The notes beneath the pieces were generated by a model that saw nothing but the letters and a program-made list of their open reading frames with translations, was not told the DNA's origin and ran no database searches. A stretch of DNA of 64,000 nt from a virus. Location: positions 3,751 through 67,750 of the IMG/VR virus record IMGVR_UViG_3300045282_000083, one strand, 5' to 3'. Positions 27,917-37,114 of this stretch are shown here, piece after piece (positions within the stretch are counted from its first letter, which is position 1; every line of letters begins with the position of its first letter). A program made the translations under genes and the position numbers.

Positions 27917-28507
27917 ATGGAGTATGTTGAAAGCCATGTAGCGCCTATTGGCAAGAGATTTGGGCGCCTAACAGTTCAAGGCGTCAAATTCTCGGTATCA
28001 AGCGGATCGCAATCTCATTCTCATGTTGTGGTTTTATGTGACTGTGGGACATATAGAGCATATCCAATTAGCTCTCTCGTCAGGGGCCGATGCACCAGTT
28101 GCGGCTGCTTACGTGGAAAACACCCCAATGTAGCACAATGGAAGCACGGTGGGCGAGGCACGCAGCTTTATTGCCTTTGGAATAGCATGAGGCAGCGATG
28201 CAATAATTCAAATGCAAAACAGTATAGCAACTATGGTGGCAGGGGTATAAAAGTTTGTGATGCGTGGAATGATTTTGCTGTCTTTCGCGACTGGATGACT
28301 GCATCCGGTTATCATCCTGGCCTTACTCTTGATAGAATTAATCCGGACAAAGGCTACTCTCCAGATAATTGCCAATTACTCACGCGGGCAGACAATGGCC
28401 GCAAGGCACACACTGACCGCGAAGCCAAACTCGCCTCCAAAGACCACCTAATCGACTCTTTAGCGATAGCTCTGGTTTCAGTATTGGGGGCAACAAAATG
28501 TTACTAG
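27917..28507 (+). CDS. HNH homing endonuclease
   Basis: GKRFGRL, CDCG, SCGC, YGGRGIKVC..W, LTLDRIN, GYSPDNC. Confidence 0.9.
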   Translation: MEYVESHVAPIGKRFGRLTVQGVKFSVSSGSQSHSHVVVLCDCGTYRAYPISSLVRGRCTSCGCLRGKHPNVAQWKHGGRGTQLYCLWNSMRQRCNNSNAKQYSNYGGRGIKVCDAWNDFAVFRDWMTASGYHPGLTLDRINPDKGYSPDNCQLLTRADNGRKAHTDREAKLASKDHLIDSLAIALVSVLGATKCY

Positions 28508-28773
28508 TCGCTGCTCTGATTTTTCTACTTTTGGGGGTAATTTACATGTTAGCAGAAGTACAGTCTCTGAAGGACCAGGTCGCCGTCAGTGTTGCTGCGG
28601 AAGCTGCGGCTATTGCCAAGGTTGGCGCCCTGACGACCCAGGTCACTGATTTGACCGCTCAGCTTGCCGCCGCAGTGGCGAGCGCGATTACCGCTGAAGA
28701 CAAAGCGGCCATCGTCCAGGCCACGACCGACCTGAAAACGTCGAGCGATGCTCTGACGCCAGTGGTTGCGTAA
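28498..28773 (+). CDS. Small coiled-coil protein with a possible N-terminal membrane anchor
   Basis: Hydrophobic N-terminus and Ala-rich heptads; the start could instead be the second Met. Confidence 0.6.
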   Translation: MLLVAALIFLLLGVIYMLAEVQSLKDQVAVSVAAEAAAIAKVGALTTQVTDLTAQLAAAVASAITAEDKAAIVQATTDLKTSSDALTPVVA

Positions 28774-28798
28774 ACTAACTTAACCCCGGAGCAATACA

Positions 28799-29158
28799 AT
28801 GGAAAATTTTGCCGATGTAACTTCAGAAGACCTTCTCCGAAGTCGTGTCACACTTCTGGAGTGCGAAGTTAAGAGCCTGCGCGCACTGGTTGGCGCCCTT
28901 CCAAAAGCAGCTATGCCGTTCGAACCTGGAAATTTGGCCTTCCCTCCTGGAGATAATATTCCTAAGCGGTCAAACCAAGACTATAATGTCGGTCTGACAT
29001 TCGCTGGAACCAAGGACGGGGAGGCCATTCCTTATCGCGTGGTGAAGAACGATACGTACGCTCCACTGGTTGCCGGGCAGGAATTTGGCGGCGGAATCGT
29101 GGACACCAAGCTGACGGTGGTGTGCGAGCCAAACAATCTGTGCTATGTAGAGTTGTAA
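28799..29158 (+). CDS. Hypothetical protein
   Basis: GGAG SD. Confidence 0.6.
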   Translation: MENFADVTSEDLLRSRVTLLECEVKSLRALVGALPKAAMPFEPGNLAFPPGDNIPKRSNQDYNVGLTFAGTKDGEAIPYRVVKNDTYAPLVAGQEFGGGIVDTKLTVVCEPNNLCYVEL

Positions 29159-29159
29159 C

Positions 29160-30422
29160 ATGGCCGACATAGATGAACTTCAGAATCCGGAACTGTCCCC
29201 CCAGGGCCTAGCCCTGCTTAGGCAAATACGCGCCTCTAGAGGCCAGGCCGCGCCATCGGCTTTACAACTGCAAGCCCAGAATGTCACCCCTGGGGCCGCT
29301 CCTGCTCCGCCTGGGTGGAGAGACGTTCCCCAAGCTGGACAAACCCCTCCTCCTCCTCCAGGAGGCAGCTACACATCAAACCCGATTGGCGGCGGCATGC
29401 TTTCCGGAGCAGGTAGGGACGCCCTTATGGGCACCTCTCAGGCTACGCAGGCTCAGGACCCTCTCGCAGCCCTCCAGGAGCAAATGGGGGTAATAGAAAG
29501 GCTGTCAGGACGCGAGCAGCAGACTCCACAAATAGGCACCGTGCTTGATCCAGGGTCTCCGACATATGGACTGTTGGGCTTGGGCGGTCGCATGGTTGGC
29601 CCACAAGTGGCTCCCAGCCTTCGACCATTTGAAACCGACGTTCTCCAAGGCCAACAAGCCCTGGCAGCCAATAGGCAGCGCCCAACCGAAGCTTTGCTTG
29701 GCAGGCTTGGTGAAATGGGCCGGCAGGCAACGGCCCGTGGCAATCTGGCTCTGGAGGAAATGCGCCTGCGCGGCACTGGCGATCTTCCCGGCCAGCTACA
29801 AGTCAATCAATCGCAAATTGAGGCCAACAAACTGTCCACGCAGCAAGATTTGCAGCTGGCCAATGATTACAGAACATTCATGAACGACCCGGCCAATGGC
29901 CGCAACCGGGCTGAAAGACAGCGAGCCTGGGACGCTAGCAACATGCCAACTCCTGGATATGCTGGCGGGGCTCAGGCCCCCGAAGAGGGAGGTACTCCAC
30001 GGTCCAGAACCAGGCCATCAACAGAAACGACGCCAGAGTCTACAATACAATCGGCCTACGGCGACGTTGAGACTCGTTATGCCCCAGAGACTAATGGCCG
30101 GAGGGGGCCTATCCCGGCCGGAGACGCCACAAACAACGCCATAACCGAGATGGTGACACGTCTTAATCAAGACCCGCAATTCATTGGACAAAACCGGCGC
30201 GGCGTCATGGACTTCCTGACCTCTAAGTTTGGCCAGCTGGCCATGCAGGGCTGGGCCGAACAAGCCGCCAACAGCGGACTTAATGGACTAGTGTCCACTG
30301 CTCACGGCAGGGCCTTGCGGTCTTTGAATCCATCAGGATTTTCCAGGCTGCCCACCGAAGAGGAAATACGGACTGGGGTCGGGAGGCGGATCAATACGCC
30401 ATCTTTCCTTGGCCCGCAGTGA
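29160..30422 (+). CDS. Probable ejection/internal virion protein
   Basis: Low-complexity Gln/Pro/Gly/Ala ORF between ejection-type genes. Confidence 0.6.
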   Translation: MADIDELQNPELSPQGLALLRQIRASRGQAAPSALQLQAQNVTPGAAPAPPGWRDVPQAGQTPPPPPGGSYTSNPIGGGMLSGAGRDALMGTSQATQAQDPLAALQEQMGVIERLSGREQQTPQIGTVLDPGSPTYGLLGLGGRMVGPQVAPSLRPFETDVLQGQQALAANRQRPTEALLGRLGEMGRQATARGNLALEEMRLRGTGDLPGQLQVNQSQIEANKLSTQQDLQLANDYRTFMNDPANGRNRAERQRAWDASNMPTPGYAGGAQAPEEGGTPRSRTRPSTETTPESTIQSAYGDVETRYAPETNGRRGPIPAGDATNNAITEMVTRLNQDPQFIGQNRRGVMDFLTSKFGQLAMQGWAEQAANSGLNGLVSTAHGRALRSLNPSGFSRLPTEEEIRTGVGRRINTPSFLGPQ

Positions 30423-30425
30423 TTT

Positions 30426-30626
30426 ATGGGATACCGAATCTGGATTGTCGAGGACCCTCAAGGCAAACTGTGGCAGTTAACCACGGAGACAGCCGCCATT
30501 GAGGAGGCGTTGTACGTCTGGAAGTCGCCGAGATACAACCCGCAAGGCATTCCTTGGGAACGAATCGAACTTTTGCCTGAGCAGTTTCCGACAGGATTAA
30601 GGCAAATATTCGCCGAATCCCCTTGA
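30426..30626 (+). CDS. Small hypothetical protein
   Basis: Co-oriented ORF whose stop lies in the next -35 box. Confidence 0.5.
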   Translation: MGYRIWIVEDPQGKLWQLTTETAAIEEALYVWKSPRYNPQGIPWERIELLPEQFPTGLRQIFAESP

Positions 30627-30650
30627 CGATTTTCGGAAAATCCATATACT
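30623..30650 (+). promoter_or_regulatory. sigma70-like promoter with an operator-like palindrome in the spacer
   Basis: TTGACG-16-TATACT; GATTTTC-G-GAAAATC at 30628-30642. Confidence 0.75.
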
Positions 30651-30656
30651 GACACG

Positions 30657-30935
30657 TAGCCCCAGACTGGCAGACCGGGTTTGAAAGTCGTAACGCCACC
30701 CACAGCCGAGGCCATCAGGTACAGCGACAAGAGCGGGCAGTCTTAGCAGCCACGATATGCTCTCCCAGACTCCGGTCGTGGCGACCGACACCCAGCAATG
30801 GGTTTGCTAGGCGTTGTGTACGGATGCAAGCCGGGTGAACAACGTTAAAAAACCACTCTCGGCAGGGCGGACACCTCACGATAACGGGGACGACCCAACG
30901 CATCTGACTCCTGCACGGAGTCGGTGCGTTTCCTT
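30657..30935 (+). ncRNA. Unclassified structured non-coding RNA (~280 nt)
   Basis: Own promoter, no ORF of 60 aa or more on the transcribed strand, nested long-range helices, a GCAA tetraloop, pseudoknot candidates and a terminal hairpin. Confidence 0.65.
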
Positions 30936-30968
30936 CTCCTCCAAGGACCTGTACTCAGGTCAGCAGTC

Positions 30969-31250
30969 ATGAACCTGTCTGAAGCTGATCAATGGTTCTC
31001 AACAGTAGTATCCCATAGTAAGTCTACCAGGGATCATTGGATTACCAGTGTCTTCCCTGATCCTGGTACACCCTACTGGGTGTTCAGGATAACCTATGGT
31101 AAGAAGAAGCCGAAAGCAGTATTCAGACTGGTCAGGTCAGATGAAGTATCAGTAGATACCATCTGTGATGTAGCTACCAAGCTGACCAATGACCTACGGT
31201 GCCCTGCACACCTGAAAGCGTCAGATTGTCAGGTTCCACTACTGGACTAA
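30969..31250 (+). CDS. Hypothetical ORF in a CG-depleted tract
   Basis: ATG at 30969 with an AGGT SD-like element; anomalous dinucleotide composition. Confidence 0.4.
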   Translation: MNLSEADQWFSTVVSHSKSTRDHWITSVFPDPGTPYWVFRITYGKKKPKAVFRLVRSDEVSVDTICDVATKLTNDLRCPAHLKASDCQVPLLD

Positions 31251-31287
31251 CGGCAGCCTGCCGTGTACCTATATACGCTGGATAGCT

Positions 31288-34200
31288 ATGGTCTTCGATC
31301 CTAACAATCCGTTCGCCATTCAGGACCCTTTCAGTGTCTTTGGGCGCCAGCAAACAGCGGCGACGCAACAGACGATGCCTCCTCTTACGCATGAGGAGGA
31401 AAAGAGCCTGATGGACAAGATAGGAGCAGCTGGCTTGGGTGGGCTTTCCTTCATTGGAGGGATACTCAACAAGCCAGGCCGCGTGGTCAGGGGTCTGCTC
31501 GGCGGCACCCCACGAGAGGCGCTTAATGTCATTCCATTCTCTGACGCACTTGGTATCACTCGCCCGGAAGACGAAGTTCGCGGACAAGACCTCCTTGGGG
31601 CTAAGGATGCGCCCTTCTTTTCCCCAGAGGGCATTGCTGGATTCGGTCTTGACGTGGCAACGGACCCCCTTACGTACCTGTCTTTTGGTGGCCATGCTCT
31701 GTCTAAATTGGGACAAGCCGCTAAGCGGGCGTCAGTATTGCCAGAGACTGTTGCAGGTCGGGTGGCTGGTGTGGCGGGCTCTGACGCTTACCGTTTGGCC
31801 AAAGCAGCGAATCCGGCAGAATACGCCGCCAACCCCATCTTCGCCGCAGCGGACGTGGCCGGACAGAAACTTGGTGGACATATTGGAGTGGGCCTTCCTG
31901 GTGGTGGTAACGCTGCCACTATGGACCTTGGACCTCTCGGACGTGCGCTTGGACAAGGAGTTTCTACAGCCGCCTCATTCGTACCTGGGGGATCAGCTGC
32001 ACTTGACATCGCTGGACGCGGGCTGGGAGCCGCCAAGGGTCTATATAACCGGACAATTCCCCCATTGTTCGAAGCAGCTGTAATGGGAAGGCAGACCCCC
32101 AACGTCCAGGAGGCCGCACGGGGCATAACTGGGGCCATTCCTGGTGTCGAAGCCGGAGCCAGGGAGATGGGGATGGGCCTGGCCAAGCGGGCGGTAGAAA
32201 ACAGCCTGGCAGACGAAGCCGGCGGCAAGCTGATTCGCCACCTACAGGAACTGCCGCACGTCGATCCGTTTACAGCTGCTAGGGAAATCGGGAACTTTTC
32301 GCCGGAACAAGTCAACGCGGCGAAACAAATCGCCGACGAAATGTCTGGCACCTACCAGGATTTCCTCAAGAGGAGAGTAGCCGGGGGCCGCGAAGCACCA
32401 CTTTTAACTCCTCAAGAGCTAAGAAGTGGAGCCGGAGAGGGAACTCAGTTAGGCTACGCTTACCGCCAGAAGACGGAGCTAGAACCGCCCACGTTCCGGG
32501 ACTACATGCGTACGAAGTCGCCTTCGTTGGAAGGCGACGAGTTCCGGAAGGGCTGGACTGAAGGGCTGACGACCCATTCATTGAACACCATGGCCAAGGA
32601 GGACTTGTCCCTCGGTAAGAATGCCAACCTTTGGAATGATCCTGCTAAAATGGACGCATTCTCCAAGCTTAACCCCACGGAGCAGGTTAAGCAGGTCATT
32701 CTGGATAAATACCTGGGCGGTCAGAAGCTGGAAACGGAGATGACTCAGCTTCAGAAGGCCATCTCAGCCGATGAGGCGGCGCACAACATGGTTGTGACGC
32801 AGCCAGAGTTAGGTGAACAGCTTCTTGCTAAACAGGCCGAATATGCTGCGGTCAAGCGCCAGGCTGCGGCCCTTGCGGACATGAAGGTCAACAACTCCCT
32901 GCCTCAATTCCTCAATCATCCGATCAAGGACTTCGTGAAAAAAGTCACGATGGAGGAGATTAACTTCCTGAAACAGGACGGGATGTATACGGCCCTGGCT
33001 AAGTCTGCCGTGGCGCCGGGTGAAGGAACCATGCCAATCATGGAAGGTCTGGGCAAAGCCTGGAACCCCACGGAAACGGCAGGAGAAAGCATTACCGACC
33101 AAGCAGGCAAGCTGGTAGGCCACGAAGCCCCCCAAGGTGCGCAGGTGCAGATGGCCAAAGCCCTTGGTACGACAGTGGACAAGTTGTCCGAATTTCACGT
33201 CCCACAAGAGGTGGTGAACGATCTTAATGGCCTGTCCCGAGCGCGCAGCTACGCCGGCATTAATGACCTTGTGAAGATTTTCGACTCAGTTACCAACCTG
33301 ACTAAAGCCGGGCAAACCATGTTTCCGGCCACGGTCGTTCGAAACGCTTCTCAGGACATGTTTAACAAGGTTGTTTATGGCATGTTCGACCCGGCGTTTA
33401 GCAAGCTGGACCCACGGCGCTATACGCAGCCGATGGCAGAGTGGTACAAGATCGCCAACGGCGGCACGGTAGACGGCCTGGCTGAAAAGCTGGCGAAAGC
33501 CGGCGCCAACGGTTTTGCCGGTCTGAATGACGTTCAGGCGGCGGATAAGCTGCGCCAGATTCATGCCGCTTGGGACGTAAGTCGAAGTGGAGCAAAGCGG
33601 ACTGCGGTGGGTGCAGAGGAAATCATCGGCACGGCGAAGGCTCAAACCGGCCTGGAAAGCCTTATGCCCACTTCGGAGCAAGCTAATCCTTTGTATGCTT
33701 ACGGAAAGGGATTCAAAGAAGGCAGCTTTGCCCCCTCGGCTATACCCAAAGTGGCTGGAGTTGCTGGCCAGACAGAGGACGTATTCGCGCCAGTGAAGGC
33801 TGCCAGGTCAGCTAGTAGCGCGAGCGATAGCCTAATGAGGGGCAGTTCTTGGTATTCTAAGCTGCTCCAAGGGCACTCAGAAGAGAGCGCGTTCAAGGAG
33901 ATGATGAAGGCCCATTATGACTTTAGCAATATGTCTGGATTCGAGAAAGGAGTGATGAGAAGGGTTCTGCCCTTCTACAACTGGGCACGCCAGAACGTCC
34001 CGGCAGTTACCAAAGAGATAGCGGAGCTACCAGGAGGCGCCTTGGCAAACGCAGTCAAAGCCACGGTAGCCATGAAGGGCGAGCATCCCGGCTTTATCCC
34101 AGGGTACATCGGCGAGGGCGTTGCCGCCCCCATTGGGGAGGAGCAGGATGGAAAACAGCGATTTCTTACCCATCTGGGTCTTGGTTTCGAGGACCTTGGC

Positions 34201-34653
34201 CAACTTGCTGGTCCAGGTGGACCTCTTGGAATGCTCAATCCTCTCATCAAAGCGCCAATTGAGCAGGCTACTGGAAAACAACTGTTCACCGGAAGGGACA
34301 TTAGAGACCTTCATTCACGGCTTGGGGATTTGACAGGAGCGCCGCTTCCAGCCGTTGAGAATGCGCTTCTAAATTCGCCCGCAGGGCGCGTGATATCGAC
34401 TGCTGGGACGCTTGCGGACCCAAGGAAGACAGCGCTTGATAAAGCAGTGAATTTGATGACCGGAGCACGTCTATCTGATGTTGACGTAGCCTCTGCGCGC
34501 AAATCAGCGATTCTGGATTATATTCGGGAAGCTCTACGTGGTCCAGGGATATCTCGTTTTGAGGATATAGCGGTTCGTCGAGATCAGATTCCTCAATTAT
34601 CTCCGATGGAGCAGCAGCTGTTTCGCTTGTACCGGACTCAACAGGGTCGTTGA
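31288..34653 (+). CDS. Large ejection protein (LPD38-like C-terminal region)
   Basis: 1121 aa; DVATDPLTYL, HYDF...FEK.VMRRVLPFYNW, LNPLIKAPIEQATGKQLFTGRDI. Confidence 0.8.
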   Translation: MVFDPNNPFAIQDPFSVFGRQQTAATQQTMPPLTHEEEKSLMDKIGAAGLGGLSFIGGILNKPGRVVRGLLGGTPREALNVIPFSDALGITRPEDEVRGQDLLGAKDAPFFSPEGIAGFGLDVATDPLTYLSFGGHALSKLGQAAKRASVLPETVAGRVAGVAGSDAYRLAKAANPAEYAANPIFAAADVAGQKLGGHIGVGLPGGGNAATMDLGPLGRALGQGVSTAASFVPGGSAALDIAGRGLGAAKGLYNRTIPPLFEAAVMGRQTPNVQEAARGITGAIPGVEAGAREMGMGLAKRAVENSLADEAGGKLIRHLQELPHVDPFTAAREIGNFSPEQVNAAKQIADEMSGTYQDFLKRRVAGGREAPLLTPQELRSGAGEGTQLGYAYRQKTELEPPTFRDYMRTKSPSLEGDEFRKGWTEGLTTHSLNTMAKEDLSLGKNANLWNDPAKMDAFSKLNPTEQVKQVILDKYLGGQKLETEMTQLQKAISADEAAHNMVVTQPELGEQLLAKQAEYAAVKRQAAALADMKVNNSLPQFLNHPIKDFVKKVTMEEINFLKQDGMYTALAKSAVAPGEGTMPIMEGLGKAWNPTETAGESITDQAGKLVGHEAPQGAQVQMAKALGTTVDKLSEFHVPQEVVNDLNGLSRARSYAGINDLVKIFDSVTNLTKAGQTMFPATVVRNASQDMFNKVVYGMFDPAFSKLDPRRYTQPMAEWYKIANGGTVDGLAEKLAKAGANGFAGLNDVQAADKLRQIHAAWDVSRSGAKRTAVGAEEIIGTAKAQTGLESLMPTSEQANPLYAYGKGFKEGSFAPSAIPKVAGVAGQTEDVFAPVKAARSASSASDSLMRGSSWYSKLLQGHSEESAFKEMMKAHYDFSNMSGFEKGVMRRVLPFYNWARQNVPAVTKEIAELPGGALANAVKATVAMKGEHPGFIPGYIGEGVAAPIGEEQDGKQRFLTHLGLGFEDLGQLAGPGGPLGMLNPLIKAPIEQATGKQLFTGRDIRDLHSRLGDLTGAPLPAVENALLNSPAGRVISTAGTLADPRKTALDKAVNLMTGARLSDVDVASARKSAILDYIREALRGPGISRFEDIAVRRDQIPQLSPMEQQLFRLYRTQQGR

Positions 34654-34786
34654 CGCATTTCTGAACGGCCTTGTGAATAAGACCGTGGATTCTGCTCCAA
34701 CAACTCCACCTCCTCGGACCACCTGTCAGGATGGAGTATTCGCCAAATGCCACTTGGGATAGGTCTTCAATTTCTTCGTTGCTCAT
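34301..34786 (-). CDS. Hypothetical protein overlapping the ejection gene antisense by 353 nt
   Basis: GGAG SD before ATG 34786; last ORF of the minus-strand arm. Confidence 0.45.
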   Translation of the reverse strand: MSNEEIEDLSQVAFGEYSILTGGPRRWSCWSRIHGLIHKAVQKCVNDPVESGTSETAAAPSEIIEESDLDEPLYPQNEISLDHVELPEYNPESLICAQRLRQHQIDVLRSSNSLLYQALSSLGPQASQQSISRALRANLEAHSQRLEAALLSNPQAVNEGL

Positions 34787-34925
34787 TGCTGCTCCATGAT
34801 TAGTTTCTTGGCCCTGACGAATGCCAGGTAGTGCTTGCCTGGTATTGACCAATCATTTCTATCATTATACAGATGTTTAAGGAAGTCAGCACAAGCCATC
34901 GCTAACTTCGAGATTTCTTTGTCGG

Positions 34926-35321
34926 TCATGACCGGCTCCGGCGTCGTGGTTGCGGAACGTGGGGCGGCTGAGGGTCATCGTAAGCCGAGCGCTCGTTCAC
35001 ATCCCTCCCCCCAATGGTGGTCCAGTTGCCCTTTCCGTCCGTGGACTGGATAATGTGGCTCCAGGTGAGCTTAGTGCTCTCCACCATGGCCTCGGTAAGG
35101 GTCTCGAACGATAGAGTTTTGCTGTCGCCAACGATCTTGGCGTTGACCTTCTTCGCTGGCAAGGGCTTCTGTTGCCCTAAGAACCCAAGGGCATCAGCCT
35201 CCATTTCCCGCCAGAAGGCGGCTTCAATGGTCTGGCGGCGAGCCTCTTCGTTGGGAAACGTCTGATTGGCAAAATGCTCCCTCATGTTGGCCATGGTAAG
35301 ACGTTCGGTTTGTGCAGGCAT
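34926..35321 (-). CDS. Hypothetical protein
   Basis: GGAG SD. Confidence 0.6.
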   Translation of the reverse strand: MPAQTERLTMANMREHFANQTFPNEEARRQTIEAAFWREMEADALGFLGQQKPLPAKKVNAKIVGDSKTLSFETLTEAMVESTKLTWSHIIQSTDGKGNWTTIGGRDVNERSAYDDPQPPHVPQPRRRSRS

Positions 35322-35484
35322 AATTCACTCTCCAAATAACGGGTTAAGAAATTGAAACATTTTCCTGTACGTATCGTTGCACTTGATCCAGGCCACGGCG
35401 TCAAAGGTTATTGCTGTTCGCTGCCAACTTGGCCCATACAGCACATCGCAAAGGCTGTAAGCAGCATGTTCTGCTAGAGTATAT

Positions 35485-36114
35485 TTACTCAATTGTCACC
35501 TCATAAAAGCCTTCGGAAAGCGGCACGGCCCACGTCGGTGGTGCCACTCTGATTTCAAGCGTGCCGGTTTCGGTTGTAGTCGCCCCCTCACCGATAACAA
35601 ACTCCCCGCCATTAATTCTTCCCATTAGTGTTCCGTATCCAATAAGACCGCCAAAGGTGGATGGCGCACCTTTTGGTCCAGTAAGATACTGTCCAGGAGT
35701 CTGCGGGAAGTGATCAATGGTTCCGGTTGCACGAATGTTTACCTTTCGATACTGCTTTCCTATAGACTTCCAGCCATCCTCCAGCCGCAGCTTGACAGTC
35801 TTTTTGCCGGGCTGTACGTGGAATTTCACTATCTGGTTAAACGGGATGTCAGCCTTGCCCAACACGCTCACCCCAGATAGCTTAACATCCTTCATTAGGC
35901 CCTTGAGATCACCACCTGGCGTGGTGATGACCACTGGATAGCCAATCAGCTTCTTGTTCTCCACGACGGATTTATCCACCTTCATCTCCGCAATGTCCAT
36001 CAAGGGCACTTTCAACTCCCCGTACTTCGTGGCTAGCGTGAATACGGCCTCCTTCTCCACTTGGAACATAAGTGAACTACCGTCCAGCAACATAAGACAA
36101 ATCGTTATCAGCAT
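35485..36114 (-). CDS. Hypothetical protein with a lectin-like C-terminal domain
   Basis: AAGGAG SD; own promoter at 36141-36169; ATGTID...GP.G...GTLMGRI..FVIGE resembles PA-IL-like domains. Confidence 0.55.
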   Translation of the reverse strand: MLITICLMLLDGSSLMFQVEKEAVFTLATKYGELKVPLMDIAEMKVDKSVVENKKLIGYPVVITTPGGDLKGLMKDVKLSGVSVLGKADIPFNQIVKFHVQPGKKTVKLRLEDGWKSIGKQYRKVNIRATGTIDHFPQTPGQYLTGPKGAPSTFGGLIGYGTLMGRINGGEFVIGEGATTTETGTLEIRVAPPTWAVPLSEGFYEVTIE

Positions 36115-36820
36115 GGCTTTCTCCTTTTGGCGATGGAAAAAGCCTAGCACATATTTTCCGTCTTGTCAAGTTCTTCATGAGAATTTTCTGGACCATGTTG
36201 GCAGTCCAAGGTTTGCCCGACCGTGAAGACCAGCCACGTTCGTTAAGCTTCTCGGCGATGCGATAGTGGGGCAGCAGGTTCATGGCGATAATCTGCTCCA
36301 ATATGGCCATTTCCTTCTCGTCAGTCACTAGAATCCCGCCTTGCCACTTGGTGCCATACGGAGCTATGCCACCACAAACGCCAGTTTGTGCCTTCTTGGC
36401 CTCCAGAGCCGACTTGGTTCGCTCTCGGATCATGCCCCGTTCCAACTCAGCAATAGCTGAGAAGATATGGAACATTGCTTTTCCGTAAGGGGAGGACATA
36501 TCAATGTGCTCCCGGAGTGAGATAAGGTGAATCTTGTTCTTGCACCAATTGTCTATTGTGACCACTGCATCGCACATGGACCGGAACAAGCGGTCGATTT
36601 TCACGACCACTACCGTGTCATCGGGGCGTAGCATGGCAGTCATCTTGCTACCAGCTGGGCGTTCGTCAAGCGCTATGCTGCCGCTCACACCGTCGTCAGT
36701 GTGCCATTGGAACCTGCCCCCAGTGGCGCTGTGTTGCATCCAATCGTCCAGCTGTTTGTTTTGGGCCGCGACCCCAAGGTCTTGCTTGTCAGTAGAGACT
36801 CGGACATAGAGGTGCAACAT
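36077..36820 (-). CDS. Serine recombinase (resolvase domain plus short recombinase-type C-terminus)
   Basis: YVRVSTDKQ, DDGVSG, RPAG, KIDRLFRS, AELERGMIRERT, GGIAPYG, IAEKLNERG..W. Confidence 0.92.
   Translation of the reverse strand: MLHLYVRVSTDKQDLGVAAQNKQLDDWMQHSATGGRFQWHTDDGVSGSIALDERPAGSKMTAMLRPDDTVVVVKIDRLFRSMCDAVVTIDNWCKNKIHLISLREHIDMSSPYGKAMFHIFSAIAELERGMIRERTKSALEAKKAQTGVCGGIAPYGTKWQGGILVTDEKEMAILEQIIAMNLLPHYRIAEKLNERGWSSRSGKPWTANMVQKILMKNLTRRKICARLFPSPKGESHADNDLSYVAGR
36141..36169 (-). promoter_or_regulatory. sigma70-like promoter
   Basis: TTGACA-17-TAGGCT. Confidence 0.6.
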
Positions 36821-37114
36821 ATCCCTAGCTCCAAGAGTTCTTGTGCGTGCATCCAAACCCAATCGCCATCCACTGGCACACTCCGCATTAGTTTGCCACA
36901 AATACATACGGATAAGTCATGGTTCTTGCTGGCGTCCCAACTCTCACCAAATCGCCGTCGCATGTGTTCGATACCTGCTGTGCAGGGCATTGGTTCTCCA
37001 GTATAGCCAAAATTTTGGCGTGCCATCTAGACCATTGTAATCCGTGCCATAGGTCGTCTTCGTAAACCAGTAAGTAAAGCTTATTTGCCAATAGGCGCGC
37101 TCTCTGCCTGTTGT

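Noticed and set aside
30657-30935. IscB/HEARO omega RNA, tmRNA or self-splicing intron
   Set aside because: No adjacent IscB/TnpB ORF, no tRNA-like ends or tag frame, and no interrupted gene or recognisable catalytic core by eye. A cmscan is still needed.
36077-36820. IS607-family element
   Set aside because: No N-terminal MerR-like HTH and no downstream tnpB.
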